IMG/VR virus record: IMGVR_UViG_3300042691_029560
Span: 1-64,000 of that record
DNA from: a virus
Direction: 5' to 3' (one strand)
Length of the DNA: 64,000 bases
The notes below the pieces were generated by a model. That model saw only the letters and a list, made by a program, of their open reading frames with translations. It was not told the origin of the DNA and did not search any database. Positions 21,005-30,900 of the stretch are shown in pieces. Positions within the stretch are counted from its first letter, which is position 1, and every line of letters begins with the position of its first letter. The translations under genes and the position numbers were made by a program.

Positions 21005-21556
21005 TTATTTAACTCCATCTATTAATCTTAGGCTATCTTTCAAATACCTATTTGGCTTAAATCCAGGGTGAACCACACGTTTGCTATAGATAATACGGGC
21101 ACCCGTCCTGAACCGAAGGGTTTTAGTTGTACCTTTTGGAGTGATAATCCTAGGTTTCATACCCTCGTGATGGACGTAGGCGTAATTGACTGTTGACCCA
21201 ATTTTCATTATTTGCCCACCAACCATTGGCCTATGGTCTTGAATTCTAATAGACTCTCTAAGCCGACCGGTTCTGACACCCACCTGGGCCTTTGCACCGG
21301 CAACAACTTTAGTTCCTTGTACTGTTAGCCAACGGCCAACAGCACCATTCGGTGCGTGCAAAAATGTTTGAATTACAGGCTCATAAAAAATTACATCTTT
21401 AAATGAATATGTAATTCCGGTCGATACAGATCTAGAACCCCTAGAAACTGGATTGCCGCCAAAACCTTTACCCCTAGCAATAGTTCTTTTAGCAATCCTT
21501 TTACTTTGACCCAGGCTGTACGTAAGCCAGCTGTCAGGTATTATGTAATATGGCAT
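21005..21556 (-). CDS. Neck/tail completion protein (HK97 gp10-like)
   Basis: VGVRTGRLRESI...YAYVHHEG...VHPG..PNRYL motifs; synteny. Confidence 0.75.
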   Translation of the reverse strand: MPYYIIPDSWLTYSLGQSKRIAKRTIARGKGFGGNPVSRGSRSVSTGITYSFKDVIFYEPVIQTFLHAPNGAVGRWLTVQGTKVVAGAKAQVGVRTGRLRESIRIQDHRPMVGGQIMKIGSTVNYAYVHHEGMKPRIITPKGTTKTLRFRTGARIIYSKRVVHPGFKPNRYLKDSLRLIDGVK

Positions 21557-21557
21557 T

Positions 21558-22064
21558 TTATGGAACCGCCATTGTCACCTGAAGGTTTATTACTTGGTAG
21601 CCACCTTCAGCTGACGGAGCCTCCAATGTAGCAATAACGCCAACACCAAAACCAGTCTCATCCCACTGATCTAATAAATTAATACTTTGCATAAGAACCC
21701 ACGAATCAACCGCAGAAATGTGACCAGACTTCTCGATCTGCTCTGCTGTTGGTGGACGTCCGTTTTGTCCAACAATGGGGACGGCGCGTGCAATCATGAT
21801 ATTCATAACAACAGTCCTGGTTGTATTACAACGCTGGGGCCTACTTGCTTGATCACCAGGAGGGCCTAAATAAAGTTGTTGCACGGCCACCACCATTTGT
21901 TCGCAATCGACAATTGGAGTACCAAAGGTCCAATAGCGTCTAGCGGGTAGGGGTACGTTATACGACTGGTATATAGTAGCCACTCGTTCAACAACACCAT
22001 CTAGCATTTCTTTTAACGCAAGCGCGTCTTCAGAAACGTTTGATATATCTACCGCTAATGCCAT
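21558..22064 (-). CDS. Putative tail terminator / head-tail joining protein
   Basis: 168 aa between the adaptor and gp10-like gene; assignment by synteny. Confidence 0.6.
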   Translation of the reverse strand: MALAVDISNVSEDALALKEMLDGVVERVATIYQSYNVPLPARRYWTFGTPIVDCEQMVVAVQQLYLGPPGDQASRPQRCNTTRTVVMNIMIARAVPIVGQNGRPPTAEQIEKSGHISAVDSWVLMQSINLLDQWDETGFGVGVIATLEAPSAEGGYQVINLQVTMAVP

Positions 22065-22067
22065 TTG

Positions 22068-22277
22068 TTACTCTGCTACTTCCTCGTCATCTGCTACGAC
22101 TACAGCTGGCTCTTCTACTACAGGTTCGACTACAACCTCTGGCTCAACTACGGCCACTGGCTCTTCAACCTTTTTAGAAGCTGGCTTTGGAGTTACTTTT
22201 TTAGGAGCAACTACAACTTCTGCAGCCTTCACACCGCCGAGCATGTCGACAGCACGGAAGTTTGTCTGAACTGACAT
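22068..22277 (-). CDS. Small acidic V/E/P-rich protein
   Basis: 69 aa, AGGA RBS, in operon. Confidence 0.65.
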   Translation of the reverse strand: MSVQTNFRAVDMLGGVKAAEVVVAPKKVTPKPASKKVEEPVAVVEPEVVVEPVVEEPAVVVADDEEVAE

Positions 22278-22291
22278 ACTGTCCTACTTTC

Positions 22292-23401
22292 TTAGCTATA
22301 TAACTTGATCTGGAGGTTTCCAGTCTCAATCTCTGATACGGTTTCTACACCAGCAATGGTTTTAGTAGCGTATAGAGTCCATGTACCCGGGTCTACCATA
22401 CCTAACGCACCCCATGCGTTTTTGTATGTGACTGGGAAAGATACGGTTTGCGCACCGTTATTTAGTGTGATGTCAGAAGCAGATATTTCTACAGTTTTAG
22501 ACCCAGAGTAGCTTCTTAAAACTACACTTGGTATCCAGTCCGGTTCATCAAAGAACAAGCTTACATCTACGCTTGCTTTTCCAGCAGATGTCCAAGTTGT
22601 AGTTGCTTCTCTAATTACGTTTATATCTGTGTCTGCATTTGTTGCAAGGACTAGATCTTTTCTGGTATACCTACGACCTCTAGGAACATCAGGGCTAAAT
22701 ACTCTAGCCTTGGCTCTAGCTTTGTCTGGATTTATAGACTTTAAGAATAGATCTACTACATATAAACCAGTTCTTACATCTTCAATAAAATCTTGGCTGT
22801 CGAGCAGTGTATAAGACACACCTTGCCGAGAAATAGAAGTAATACGCTGAGGCAGCATGCAGTCGTCATCGCCAGCCCACAGCTTGGCAAGCTCAATAGC
22901 CAACGTGCGAGCAGCCATTTTTCCAGCAGTAGGAATTGGTGATCCATAAGTGTAAGTAACTTCAACGTTGCAGGGAGTCCAGGGGACTCCAGCTGCAGCT
23001 TGAAGTGTCGAGTGATCTACCAAATAGTAACTATCCTCACTCAGGATATCTCCAGTTCTAATACGAACTGAGTGCACCTTTGTTACCGGTCTGCCACGTA
23101 ATTTTATGCGTGACTCGGGAGAGAGACCATCCGATACCAATTCAGCATATTCTTGAAAATCAGTAATCGGAATATTGTAAACTTCACCAGAAATTAAAGT
23201 GGCATAGTAGTTTTTAGAAGAAGGACCCATACGATACGCACGCTTAGCACAGACGTATCTTTCAGTGACAGTGACTTCGCCAGTATATTTACGGCCTGAC
23301 ATAGTCCACATCAAATACGATGCAACTTCGCAGGCTTCCTGAGCAAACTCAGTACTTGCGTAGTAACCTAGATCGGCTGGTTCTACCCATAAAGCTGTCA
23401 T
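22292..23401 (-). CDS. Head-to-tail adaptor
   Basis: LWT.SGR...VTYTYG...C.LPQRITSISRQGVS motif characteristic of actinophage adaptors. Confidence 0.8.
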   Translation of the reverse strand: MTALWVEPADLGYYASTEFAQEACEVASYLMWTMSGRKYTGEVTVTERYVCAKRAYRMGPSSKNYYATLISGEVYNIPITDFQEYAELVSDGLSPESRIKLRGRPVTKVHSVRIRTGDILSEDSYYLVDHSTLQAAAGVPWTPCNVEVTYTYGSPIPTAGKMAARTLAIELAKLWAGDDDCMLPQRITSISRQGVSYTLLDSQDFIEDVRTGLYVVDLFLKSINPDKARAKARVFSPDVPRGRRYTRKDLVLATNADTDINVIREATTTWTSAGKASVDVSLFFDEPDWIPSVVLRSYSGSKTVEISASDITLNNGAQTVSFPVTYKNAWGALGMVDPGTWTLYATKTIAGVETVSEIETGNLQIKLYS

Positions 23402-23422
23402 TGAATATTCTCCTTAGTGAAG

Positions 23423-23463
23423 CGGGCGACGCGTTTTGTGAATATCACTGTAACGCGCCGCCC
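23423..23463 (-). terminator. GC-rich hairpin after the major tail gene (attenuator or RNA-stability element)
   Basis: Inverted repeat GGGCGACGCGTT...AACGCGCCGCCC; no clear U-tract. Confidence 0.5.
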
Positions 23464-23478
23464 GTTCCTAACCGTTTA

Positions 23479-25023
23479 TTAAGAGGTTGGGTCCTCGTTT
23501 GACTTGATTACGCGGTCAAGAGGTAGGTCAGGGTTGTAGTTGACGTTACCTGGGACGTTGAATCCAGTGGTTGATGCAGTACCTGCAGCAGCCGATGACA
23601 CACTAGCACCAAATAGAGCACTGAGGGTAGTGATCGCACTTCCACGTGTTACCTGTGCAGTAGCTGCAATTGTTTCAGTAGCAGTAGTGCTCGAAATGGT
23701 TGCAGTAAAGGTATTAACACCAGTCACAGTAATGGCTGCAGCAGTTATGTTGAATGCTGCGTTAGTTACGAATCCGGTAACAGTAACAAGTTGACCAGTA
23801 ACTAGACCATGGGCTGCAGCGGTGTAGGTAGCTGTAGTACCAGCAGCAGTACATGATGTAATTGCAGCACGACGAGCAACAGCAACGCTAGTTCCAGTTG
23901 TACCTGCAAGAGCAGTGAATGTACCGTTGAAGATGCTACGAGTAACTACAGCAGACGAGCTGTTAACTGCAACGCTAGTTACAGCAGCAGCATTGGTCTT
24001 AGCGTAGGTGATGTCGTTAGTTGACACTGTAGCTACACCGTAAGTACCATCAAATGCGCTGTCACCAATAGAAACAACAATTTTGTCACCAACTACTACA
24101 CCGTGGCCAGCTGCAAGAGTTAGCGTTACGGTAGAAGTGGTAGCAGCTTTATTAGTTACTAGGTAAGTTGCGTCTGCGTTAGCTACCGTTAGGCTGTCAC
24201 CAACACTGTAAGTGTGGCTTTCTGTAGTAGCCAAAGTGATCGCACCAGCAGTAGTAATTGCCACAGTCGATAGTTTGTAGTTAATACCATCAAGCGACTC
24301 GACAGCACGGTAGTTTGGAGCACCAAGTTCGGCACCGCCTTCACCAGCGTAGTTCCAAGTGTAGAATCCATTAAGACCTACTGGAGCCCAGGCTGAACGT
24401 GCATAAGCGTATGGACGCTCAGCTGCAGTTGGGAACTCCCAACGGCCGTCAATACCGGATGCAAAAGTAGGGTTTCCTAGACCATAACCTTCAAAGGTGT
24501 TGGCTAGTAGACCGTTTTCAATAACGCGGTCGCCTGACTGACGTAGCTTAACGTATGGGAATACCCAGTAGAAGTAAGGAAGAGTTCCAGACTTCTTACC
24601 GTTCTTGATAGCCCATGACCAAGCTTCAATGGCAACACCGTTACCTGCTGGGTCATCTCCAACGCCTGGAGCTGCCCAACCGATTGACTGGTTGTTAGCT
24701 GATGCAAAGGTTCCTAGGTTCTTACGAAGTAGTAGACCACCAGATAGCAGAGAGGTTAGCTCTGGGTCTGGCTCACAAATCGCAAGTTCCATAGTGATAC
24801 GCTTTAGGGTGTCTGGAGACTTGTAAGTTACGCAAACAGTACCGTTAGCGGACTTCTCAGTGATCTCGTCACCTTCTTCGTATTCAGGTGTAAATGACAG
24901 GCGCATGAAAGCAGACGTTACGTAGCTGTCACCCGGACCCGTCATCAAGTTGCCAGATGCGTCCAAGCGGGTGACACGGATTGACACACCTTGGATGCTG
25001 GCTGCATAATCTTGAGTAGGCAT
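23479..25023 (-). CDS. Major tail protein with C-terminal decoration domains
   Basis: N-terminal ~220 aa resembles actinophage tail tube proteins (IRVTRLD..G...EYEEGDEI..K.ANG.VC...YWVFP); C-terminal repeated HG.VxG beta domains. Confidence 0.85.
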   Translation of the reverse strand: MPTQDYAASIQGVSIRVTRLDASGNLMTGPGDSYVTSAFMRLSFTPEYEEGDEITEKSANGTVCVTYKSPDTLKRITMELAICEPDPELTSLLSGGLLLRKNLGTFASANNQSIGWAAPGVGDDPAGNGVAIEAWSWAIKNGKKSGTLPYFYWVFPYVKLRQSGDRVIENGLLANTFEGYGLGNPTFASGIDGRWEFPTAAERPYAYARSAWAPVGLNGFYTWNYAGEGGAELGAPNYRAVESLDGINYKLSTVAITTAGAITLATTESHTYSVGDSLTVANADATYLVTNKAATTSTVTLTLAAGHGVVVGDKIVVSIGDSAFDGTYGVATVSTNDITYAKTNAAAVTSVAVNSSSAVVTRSIFNGTFTALAGTTGTSVAVARRAAITSCTAAGTTATYTAAAHGLVTGQLVTVTGFVTNAAFNITAAAITVTGVNTFTATISSTTATETIAATAQVTRGSAITTLSALFGASVSSAAAGTASTTGFNVPGNVNYNPDLPLDRVIKSNEDPTS

Positions 25024-25062
25024 TGCCTTTTCTCCTTCTTACTTAATTGATTGAGTTGTTGG

Positions 25063-25944
25063 TTATGCTGCGGTCAAGTCGACGCGAACAGCAAGGTGTA
25101 TCGAGGTTCCAAAGTAAACCGCCGCTGGGCGAATTGCTTTTAGCCTCATGTCATTTTGGTTTCCTGCGACATCATAAGCCTGGGCCAAGTTGTCGTTTAC
25201 AACATCGATCTTGCCCAAGTAAACTCGAACAGTGCCGGTGGCGTAAATCCATTTGTTTGTGGCTGATGCAGTCTGTGTCCCGTCAGTAACGCTGAGCGGT
25301 CCTTGACCTGTGTAACCACTTCCAACGATAACTGGAGTACCACCCATGGTTTGTAGGTGGTCCTTATCTTTCTCGTGGAAAAGCATATTTGAGTTGCTCG
25401 ACAGAAGAGCAACAACGTCGCGAGTAGCGTGGATAATCCCCTGCTCACCGCCGTGAGAGACAGTAGCAATTGAGTGCTCTAGTAGAGCAAGTGCACGCTT
25501 TGGTGAAAGTGCGGCTCCAGAGTTAAGAACTGTTGCCCCATCAATTAAAGCTTTGTTGTCATGACTTTCACCAATACGGATGTCTCCGTGCCATAACTCT
25601 CGCTCTAAAGCTTTCTGCGTTACGCCCTCTAGCTGACGCTTTAGACGAGCAACACGATCTATTCCTGAAAAACCTAAAGTAGATCTAACTTCTTCTAGCT
25701 CAATGAAGAACGGCTTGATTTCGTCGTAGTAATTTACAGTCGCGTTGTTTACAAGTGTATAGCTGGTGGTATCTGTATCATCCCAGTTCTTTAGGGTATC
25801 TACAGTAGTTTCATACTCCTGAGAGAATCCACGAATCCAGCGATCCTCATCTGCTGAATTCTCTGGCTTTACTACGGCAAGTAAGCCAAAAGCGGAGGGC
25901 ACAATTTTTCCTGCCTCTGCAACGCCATTCTTAGGAAGAGCCAT
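25063..25944 (-). CDS. Minor capsid / capsid-associated protein
   Basis: Directly after the major capsid gene; GTPVIVGSGY...WIYATG.V motif seen in actinophage post-capsid genes. Confidence 0.7.
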   Translation of the reverse strand: MALPKNGVAEAGKIVPSAFGLLAVVKPENSADEDRWIRGFSQEYETTVDTLKNWDDTDTTSYTLVNNATVNYYDEIKPFFIELEEVRSTLGFSGIDRVARLKRQLEGVTQKALERELWHGDIRIGESHDNKALIDGATVLNSGAALSPKRALALLEHSIATVSHGGEQGIIHATRDVVALLSSNSNMLFHEKDKDHLQTMGGTPVIVGSGYTGQGPLSVTDGTQTASATNKWIYATGTVRVYLGKIDVVNDNLAQAYDVAGNQNDMRLKAIRPAAVYFGTSIHLAVRVDLTAA

Positions 25945-25981
25945 TCTTAATCCTTAATTTAAAGTCTGTAGTCCAGTTACT

Positions 25982-26007
25982 GGGGCGGCCTTTTGACGGG
26001 CCACCCC
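25982..26007 (-). terminator. Hairpin after the major capsid gene
   Basis: GGGGTGGCC-cgtcaaaa-GGCCGCCCC on the minus strand; weak U-tract. Confidence 0.5.
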
Positions 26008-26027
26008 AACAACTAGGGGTTTATCGA

Positions 26028-27824
26028 TTAAAGCTCGATAGTAGCTGCGGCAGTGCTGCCAGTGGTGTCGCGCAGAGCTGCGGCTACACCGTTGATGCTG
26101 ATGGTTGAGGTGATCTTGAGAGACTCAATACCAACCTTTGCAACAGCCTCGAATGTTTCAATGAACATCTTGTAGTCGTTTGTGCCAACAAGAGTGCTGT
26201 CACGAATGATTCCAAGGTCCAAAGTTCCACCGTCAAGGAACAAGAATGTACCCTCGGCGAATAGGTACCAGTCAAACTCGTCTGGGAACTCAAGAAGTGC
26301 GGCAGCACTCTGTGAACCGAAGACGGTCATGTCTGGAGATGATACTAGAGTTACGTTGCTGTGCGATAGGTAACCATCAATTTCTGACTTAGAAACTGAT
26401 AGAGTGCCATCACCTGGCATTGCCAAGGTTAGGTCAGCTGCCATTGCATCGTATACCCACTCAGGAATGAAAGCCTGAAGCTGGGTGTTTGGGTCGATGC
26501 GGTGACGGTTACGGTAAGCAACAGCTGCACGACGGATCTGTACTAGGAAGTCACGACCAAAACCAATTAGGTTAGTGGTAGTAACAGCAGTAGAACCGTT
26601 GGTTAGCTGGCTGAGTAGGTTCTGCTCAGCTTCACGAGCGTGCTGTACTAGAGCCAACTCGTTGTGACGAGCGATCAACTCTGGGTAAGCACGAGTCATC
26701 AAGTTACCGAACTGTAGCTGTAGGGTTACAGCGTCAGTTGACTTGGTGTTTTCAGCAGCAGCTGAAACAGTCAAGCTGGTCTTGGTGGCTGGGCTTGGAG
26801 TAGTAGCTGAGTCGTTTGTTGCAGTCCATACACCAACAGCGTTAGCATAAGTGCCAGCTGCGAATGAAGGTGGAGTAACGAAACGGATACCACCACGGTC
26901 AGCCTGGAAGCGAGGCAGAGCATCGCGTAGAGGACGAACGTTGGTTGAACCGATCGAGTAGATGTCATACTTAACCTCGAACGGAGCTGCGTGACCACCA
27001 GAAGCAACAAGTGCCTCAGGTCCTGCAACTGCAGCGATCTTCAAAGCGTTAGCTTCTGCATCGGTAGTTAGAGTACGAGCCTCTGGGTATTCGGTTGTTA
27101 CGGATGCAACGATGTGCTGCTCTCCGTCTCCACCGTTGACACGACGTAGAGAATGAATTCTCTTCTCCATAGCTACTGCTACTTCGCTCATGTCAGCAAT
27201 GGTTGATCCTGCGCTGTAACCAGGAATGTCAGCACCAGCAGTAATAGTTACTGGAGCTTCCTTAACTTCGATTACAGGCTGGCGATCAGCTGGGGCCTCG
27301 AAAGGCTGTTCTGCTGCTGCGGTCACTGGGGCCTGCTCTTCCTGCTGAACTTCGTCAGCGGTAGTGGTTGTTTGGGGTTCTTCGGTTGATAGTTCAGATC
27401 CTTCAACCTGAGTCATTGATGCGTCCGAGGTTTCGGCTGAGTAAGCCTTCTTCTTTTCCTCGTCCTCTTGAGCTGGAGTCTCTACGACTTCCTCCACTGG
27501 AGCTTCCTCCATTGGGGTTTCTTCAGCTGGAGCTTCTTCAACTGGCATATCGCCAACTGGAGCCTCCCCGTCCTCGCCAGTAACACGCATAGTCGCTTCG
27601 GCAGCACGAGCAGCAAGCTCTTCTTTAGCGGCCTCGCGACGACTGGTTTCACCGCGTACGGTGTCCAACATGTCGGCAAGTGACGTCATAGCGTCAACAA
27701 CCTCAGGAGTAGTTTCTTTACCTTCGACCAATTCGAATTCACGGACGATTGATTCCTGTAGAGCGGCAACTTGCTCGTCGCTTAGCTCTGCCAGTCCATC
27801 GACCTGAGATTTAATGTGGTCCAC
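26028..27824 (-). CDS. Major capsid protein with N-terminal acidic scaffold-like extension
   Basis: 598 aa; acidic N-terminus, then ALVASGG...RPLRDALP.F.ADRGGIRF...FLDGGTLDLGIIRDS.L..TNDY..F.ETFE; strong GGAGG RBS; highly biased codons. Confidence 0.92.
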   Translation of the reverse strand: MDHIKSQVDGLAELSDEQVAALQESIVREFELVEGKETTPEVVDAMTSLADMLDTVRGETSRREAAKEELAARAAEATMRVTGEDGEAPVGDMPVEEAPAEETPMEEAPVEEVVETPAQEDEEKKKAYSAETSDASMTQVEGSELSTEEPQTTTTADEVQQEEQAPVTAAAEQPFEAPADRQPVIEVKEAPVTITAGADIPGYSAGSTIADMSEVAVAMEKRIHSLRRVNGGDGEQHIVASVTTEYPEARTLTTDAEANALKIAAVAGPEALVASGGHAAPFEVKYDIYSIGSTNVRPLRDALPRFQADRGGIRFVTPPSFAAGTYANAVGVWTATNDSATTPSPATKTSLTVSAAAENTKSTDAVTLQLQFGNLMTRAYPELIARHNELALVQHAREAEQNLLSQLTNGSTAVTTTNLIGFGRDFLVQIRRAAVAYRNRHRIDPNTQLQAFIPEWVYDAMAADLTLAMPGDGTLSVSKSEIDGYLSHSNVTLVSSPDMTVFGSQSAAALLEFPDEFDWYLFAEGTFLFLDGGTLDLGIIRDSTLVGTNDYKMFIETFEAVAKVGIESLKITSTISINGVAAALRDTTGSTAAATIEL

Positions 27825-27962
27825 GTATCCTCCTAGGATAGTTGTTTAGATGTGTGTATTTCACACATCTTGCTGTTCGGTCCAAAGCAAAGGGACTTAC
27901 CGCACCATGCGGCAGGCACTCTACCCAGACTTATTTTACCCTGTTTTTTAGTTGTTTATTAT

Positions 27963-30900
27963 TTAGGTCAGAAGCCTTAGAAGCTTGTTGAACTCTCTGG
28001 ATATATCAGATTGTCCAAATAGCTTAGATCCTGACTTAAAGGAGCGAATTTCTTGGGTAGCGATATCCGCGTCCTTTGAACCAATCTTTTGCTCAACCCT
28101 GCTTGTCATATCATCAAGTAGATCTTTCAGAACAGGGGGGAGGTCACTATATCTAAGTTTCGCGTTTGGATCCTTAAATGGTAGTGGCAGGTTGGCAATT
28201 GTTTTACCTAGTTCTTGCGTAGTTAAACGTATGTTTTCTAGAGATTTAGCATTTAAGGCTCCAGTGTCAAGACGATCAACAGTTCCAATGAGATCTGACG
28301 CGGCTTTAGCAGCCGTACCATAGTCACCAATTTCTGTATAACCTTCTGCCTGAGCCACTTTTCTAGCTACACTCTCTAGACCAGCAACACCTAGGTTAAG
28401 TTTTAGTCTGGCTAGTACCTTACGGAACTTTCCATACTCGTCTCGCGGTTGGTTCTTACCAGGGACGTACTTATCTCCATCTTGAGCATAAGGGCTTATG
28501 TCGGAGTCTTTTTTAACTTCTTCAATAACCTTCTGCTCAATTTCTTCTTGAGTAAGACGCTCATCCACTGGTTGCTTCTCCATTACTGGCTTGTCTTTAG
28601 GCTGAACCCCGAGAGGTTTATCTGCCTTAACAGGAACAGTAGGGAGAGGATTTACAGGACCAACCGCATCAGTTTTTCCCAGGGCCTCCACAGCCGCTGC
28701 AACACGAGCACGAAGTTCATTCGGCTGGGTTGAAGCTGTGATTGACTCTGAAGTAGAAGCAACGTGTTGCTTGTGCCACTTCTCTGGGATTAGATCTGTT
28801 TTGCCAAGAGCCTTAGCACGACGCATAATGTGGCGACGAACCTTGTTTCTTTCAGATTCTTTTGCACGGCCGAATGCTTGAATAGCATTCTTCAGATCCT
28901 CTTCATTACGAATAGGATATGCTCCGTCTGGAAGAGCCTGACGCTTCTTTACGGCTGCATCGCGCTCTGCCTTGGTAATAGCAAAGTTGTCAACGTAACC
29001 ATAAACCTTGTTTGACAATTCAGCACTCCTGGCGGAAAGAACAGCTGCTCTTTCGCTACGGAATGCGTCAAACCTAGCTTTAGCTGCGGCAACCTGAGCA
29101 TCTGGACCATAAAGTTCAGAAGCTTTTAGTTCAGCTAGAGGGCGAGCACCAGCTGCAACAAGGGCCATTACAGCACCTGATGCGACACGGGCACGGGCGA
29201 TTGGGAAGCCAGGAACATTAACCTGGCAGACAGCTACAAGCTCAAGTGAGCCACGGATTGGACGCCAGTCACCTGAAGGAGCAGATGCACGAAGTGCACG
29301 TACTTGCTCAGGGGTTGCGGATGGGCGAAGTCCACCGGCGACCCAGATACCATGTGCATCTTCTCCGGCATGTACGTCAGCAATTGCTGATGCAGTGTCG
29401 TCGTAGTGCTTAACGGCGTCTAGTGCGCTAGCTTCTAGTGGGGCATGGCCTCCCGCAAGCGTGAGTTGACCTACTGGTACATCCTTACCATTGGCAGTGC
29501 GAACAACGCCAGTGTGGAAGTAAGAGTAGTTACTCTTGCTACGGGGAGGTTTGGTGCCGGCTACCAAACCGATATGATCAACGTTCCAAGCTGCAATGTG
29601 ACCAAAGACTCTACCATCGTCAGTAACGGTGATAGGGGTAGGTTTACTTAGCTTAGGATTGTTAAACCATTCAGCAGGTGGCACAACCGGGATAGCTCCA
29701 GCAACTACAGCGCATGCAACAAGCGATGCTGATTCTGGAGAATCCAGGTCTTCGGCATAAATTCCATCTTTTGGAATCATACTTTCCTCCTGGGGGTTTG
29801 CTTCCTCTAATAGGAAGATCTTGCATTCTTGGAACGCGGGCTTTGGCACCATAGTGATTGCCATTACCCGAGCTTTGTTGATAGTGAGTTTGTCTCCACC
29901 AACTTTTTTGTCGTCATCGATATCGATGTCGTTCTCAGTCTTAGCTTTAGAGTCCGATTTCTTTTTCTCTTCTTCAGCTTCAAACTGATCCATATCGGCT
30001 GATACGCCACGGATAAATCCGTTGCGAACCAGACGTTCGGCTTCACGCCCGTACTCGCCGGTATCAAATACGCCAAACGCGTTTCCAATACCTTCTTCTG
30101 TACGCTCCATTCGGTCAATACGACCGACTACGACGGACCCATTGTGTCCATCTGAAGTTCTAACTTGCCACAGCAAAGGAAGTGGCAGCTCACGCATAGT
30201 TATAGAACCTTTACGGAAAGTACGCCCGTCTCCAGTCTCTTTTCCTTCAGGAATAACTAGCGGAATTCTAAATGATGACCCACTTCCGCCCGCTACTAAA
30301 GGAGCAGCCGCAAGAAGTCCAAGTCTTTGTTTAGCGTTGTTTGATCGGGCTAAAAGTTCTAACGAGTTTATAACCATCTCGCTTGATTTAATGACATCGC
30401 TACTAAACATAGCTTTGTTACCGCCACGGCCTTTTCTACCATACATCTCTCTATGACGCTTGTCTCCGGTCCACATGCCAGTCATTTCTTTGTGGCGTAG
30501 AGCACAGTAACCTTTAGCACGTGGGCCTAGGTATTTTTCAAGTTGTCTTACGCAACGAGTCCAGTCACCCTTGGTGTTCCATCTAATCTTTAGACCACCC
30601 TTACCAACAGTCCAGTAGCGGCGTAATTCTTCTGCGTTACCACGGTTGCGATCTAAGCCACCGGCTGCAACAAGAATTTCTTCTCTAGGACCCCAAAGAA
30701 CCATCATCTCGTATTGAAGATACGCTGCAGAGGCAGTGATTCCATCTACTTGCTTTAGAACATCATTTAAAGTTGCGGAATCAAGTGGGACTACAGGTGG
30801 TGGAGTTGCTGACTTAAGATCAGAAAGAGTTTTTTCGTCACGAACCCACTTCTTATCTAAACGACGGTAAATCATAGGAGCCGTAGACGTTGAGCTAGCT

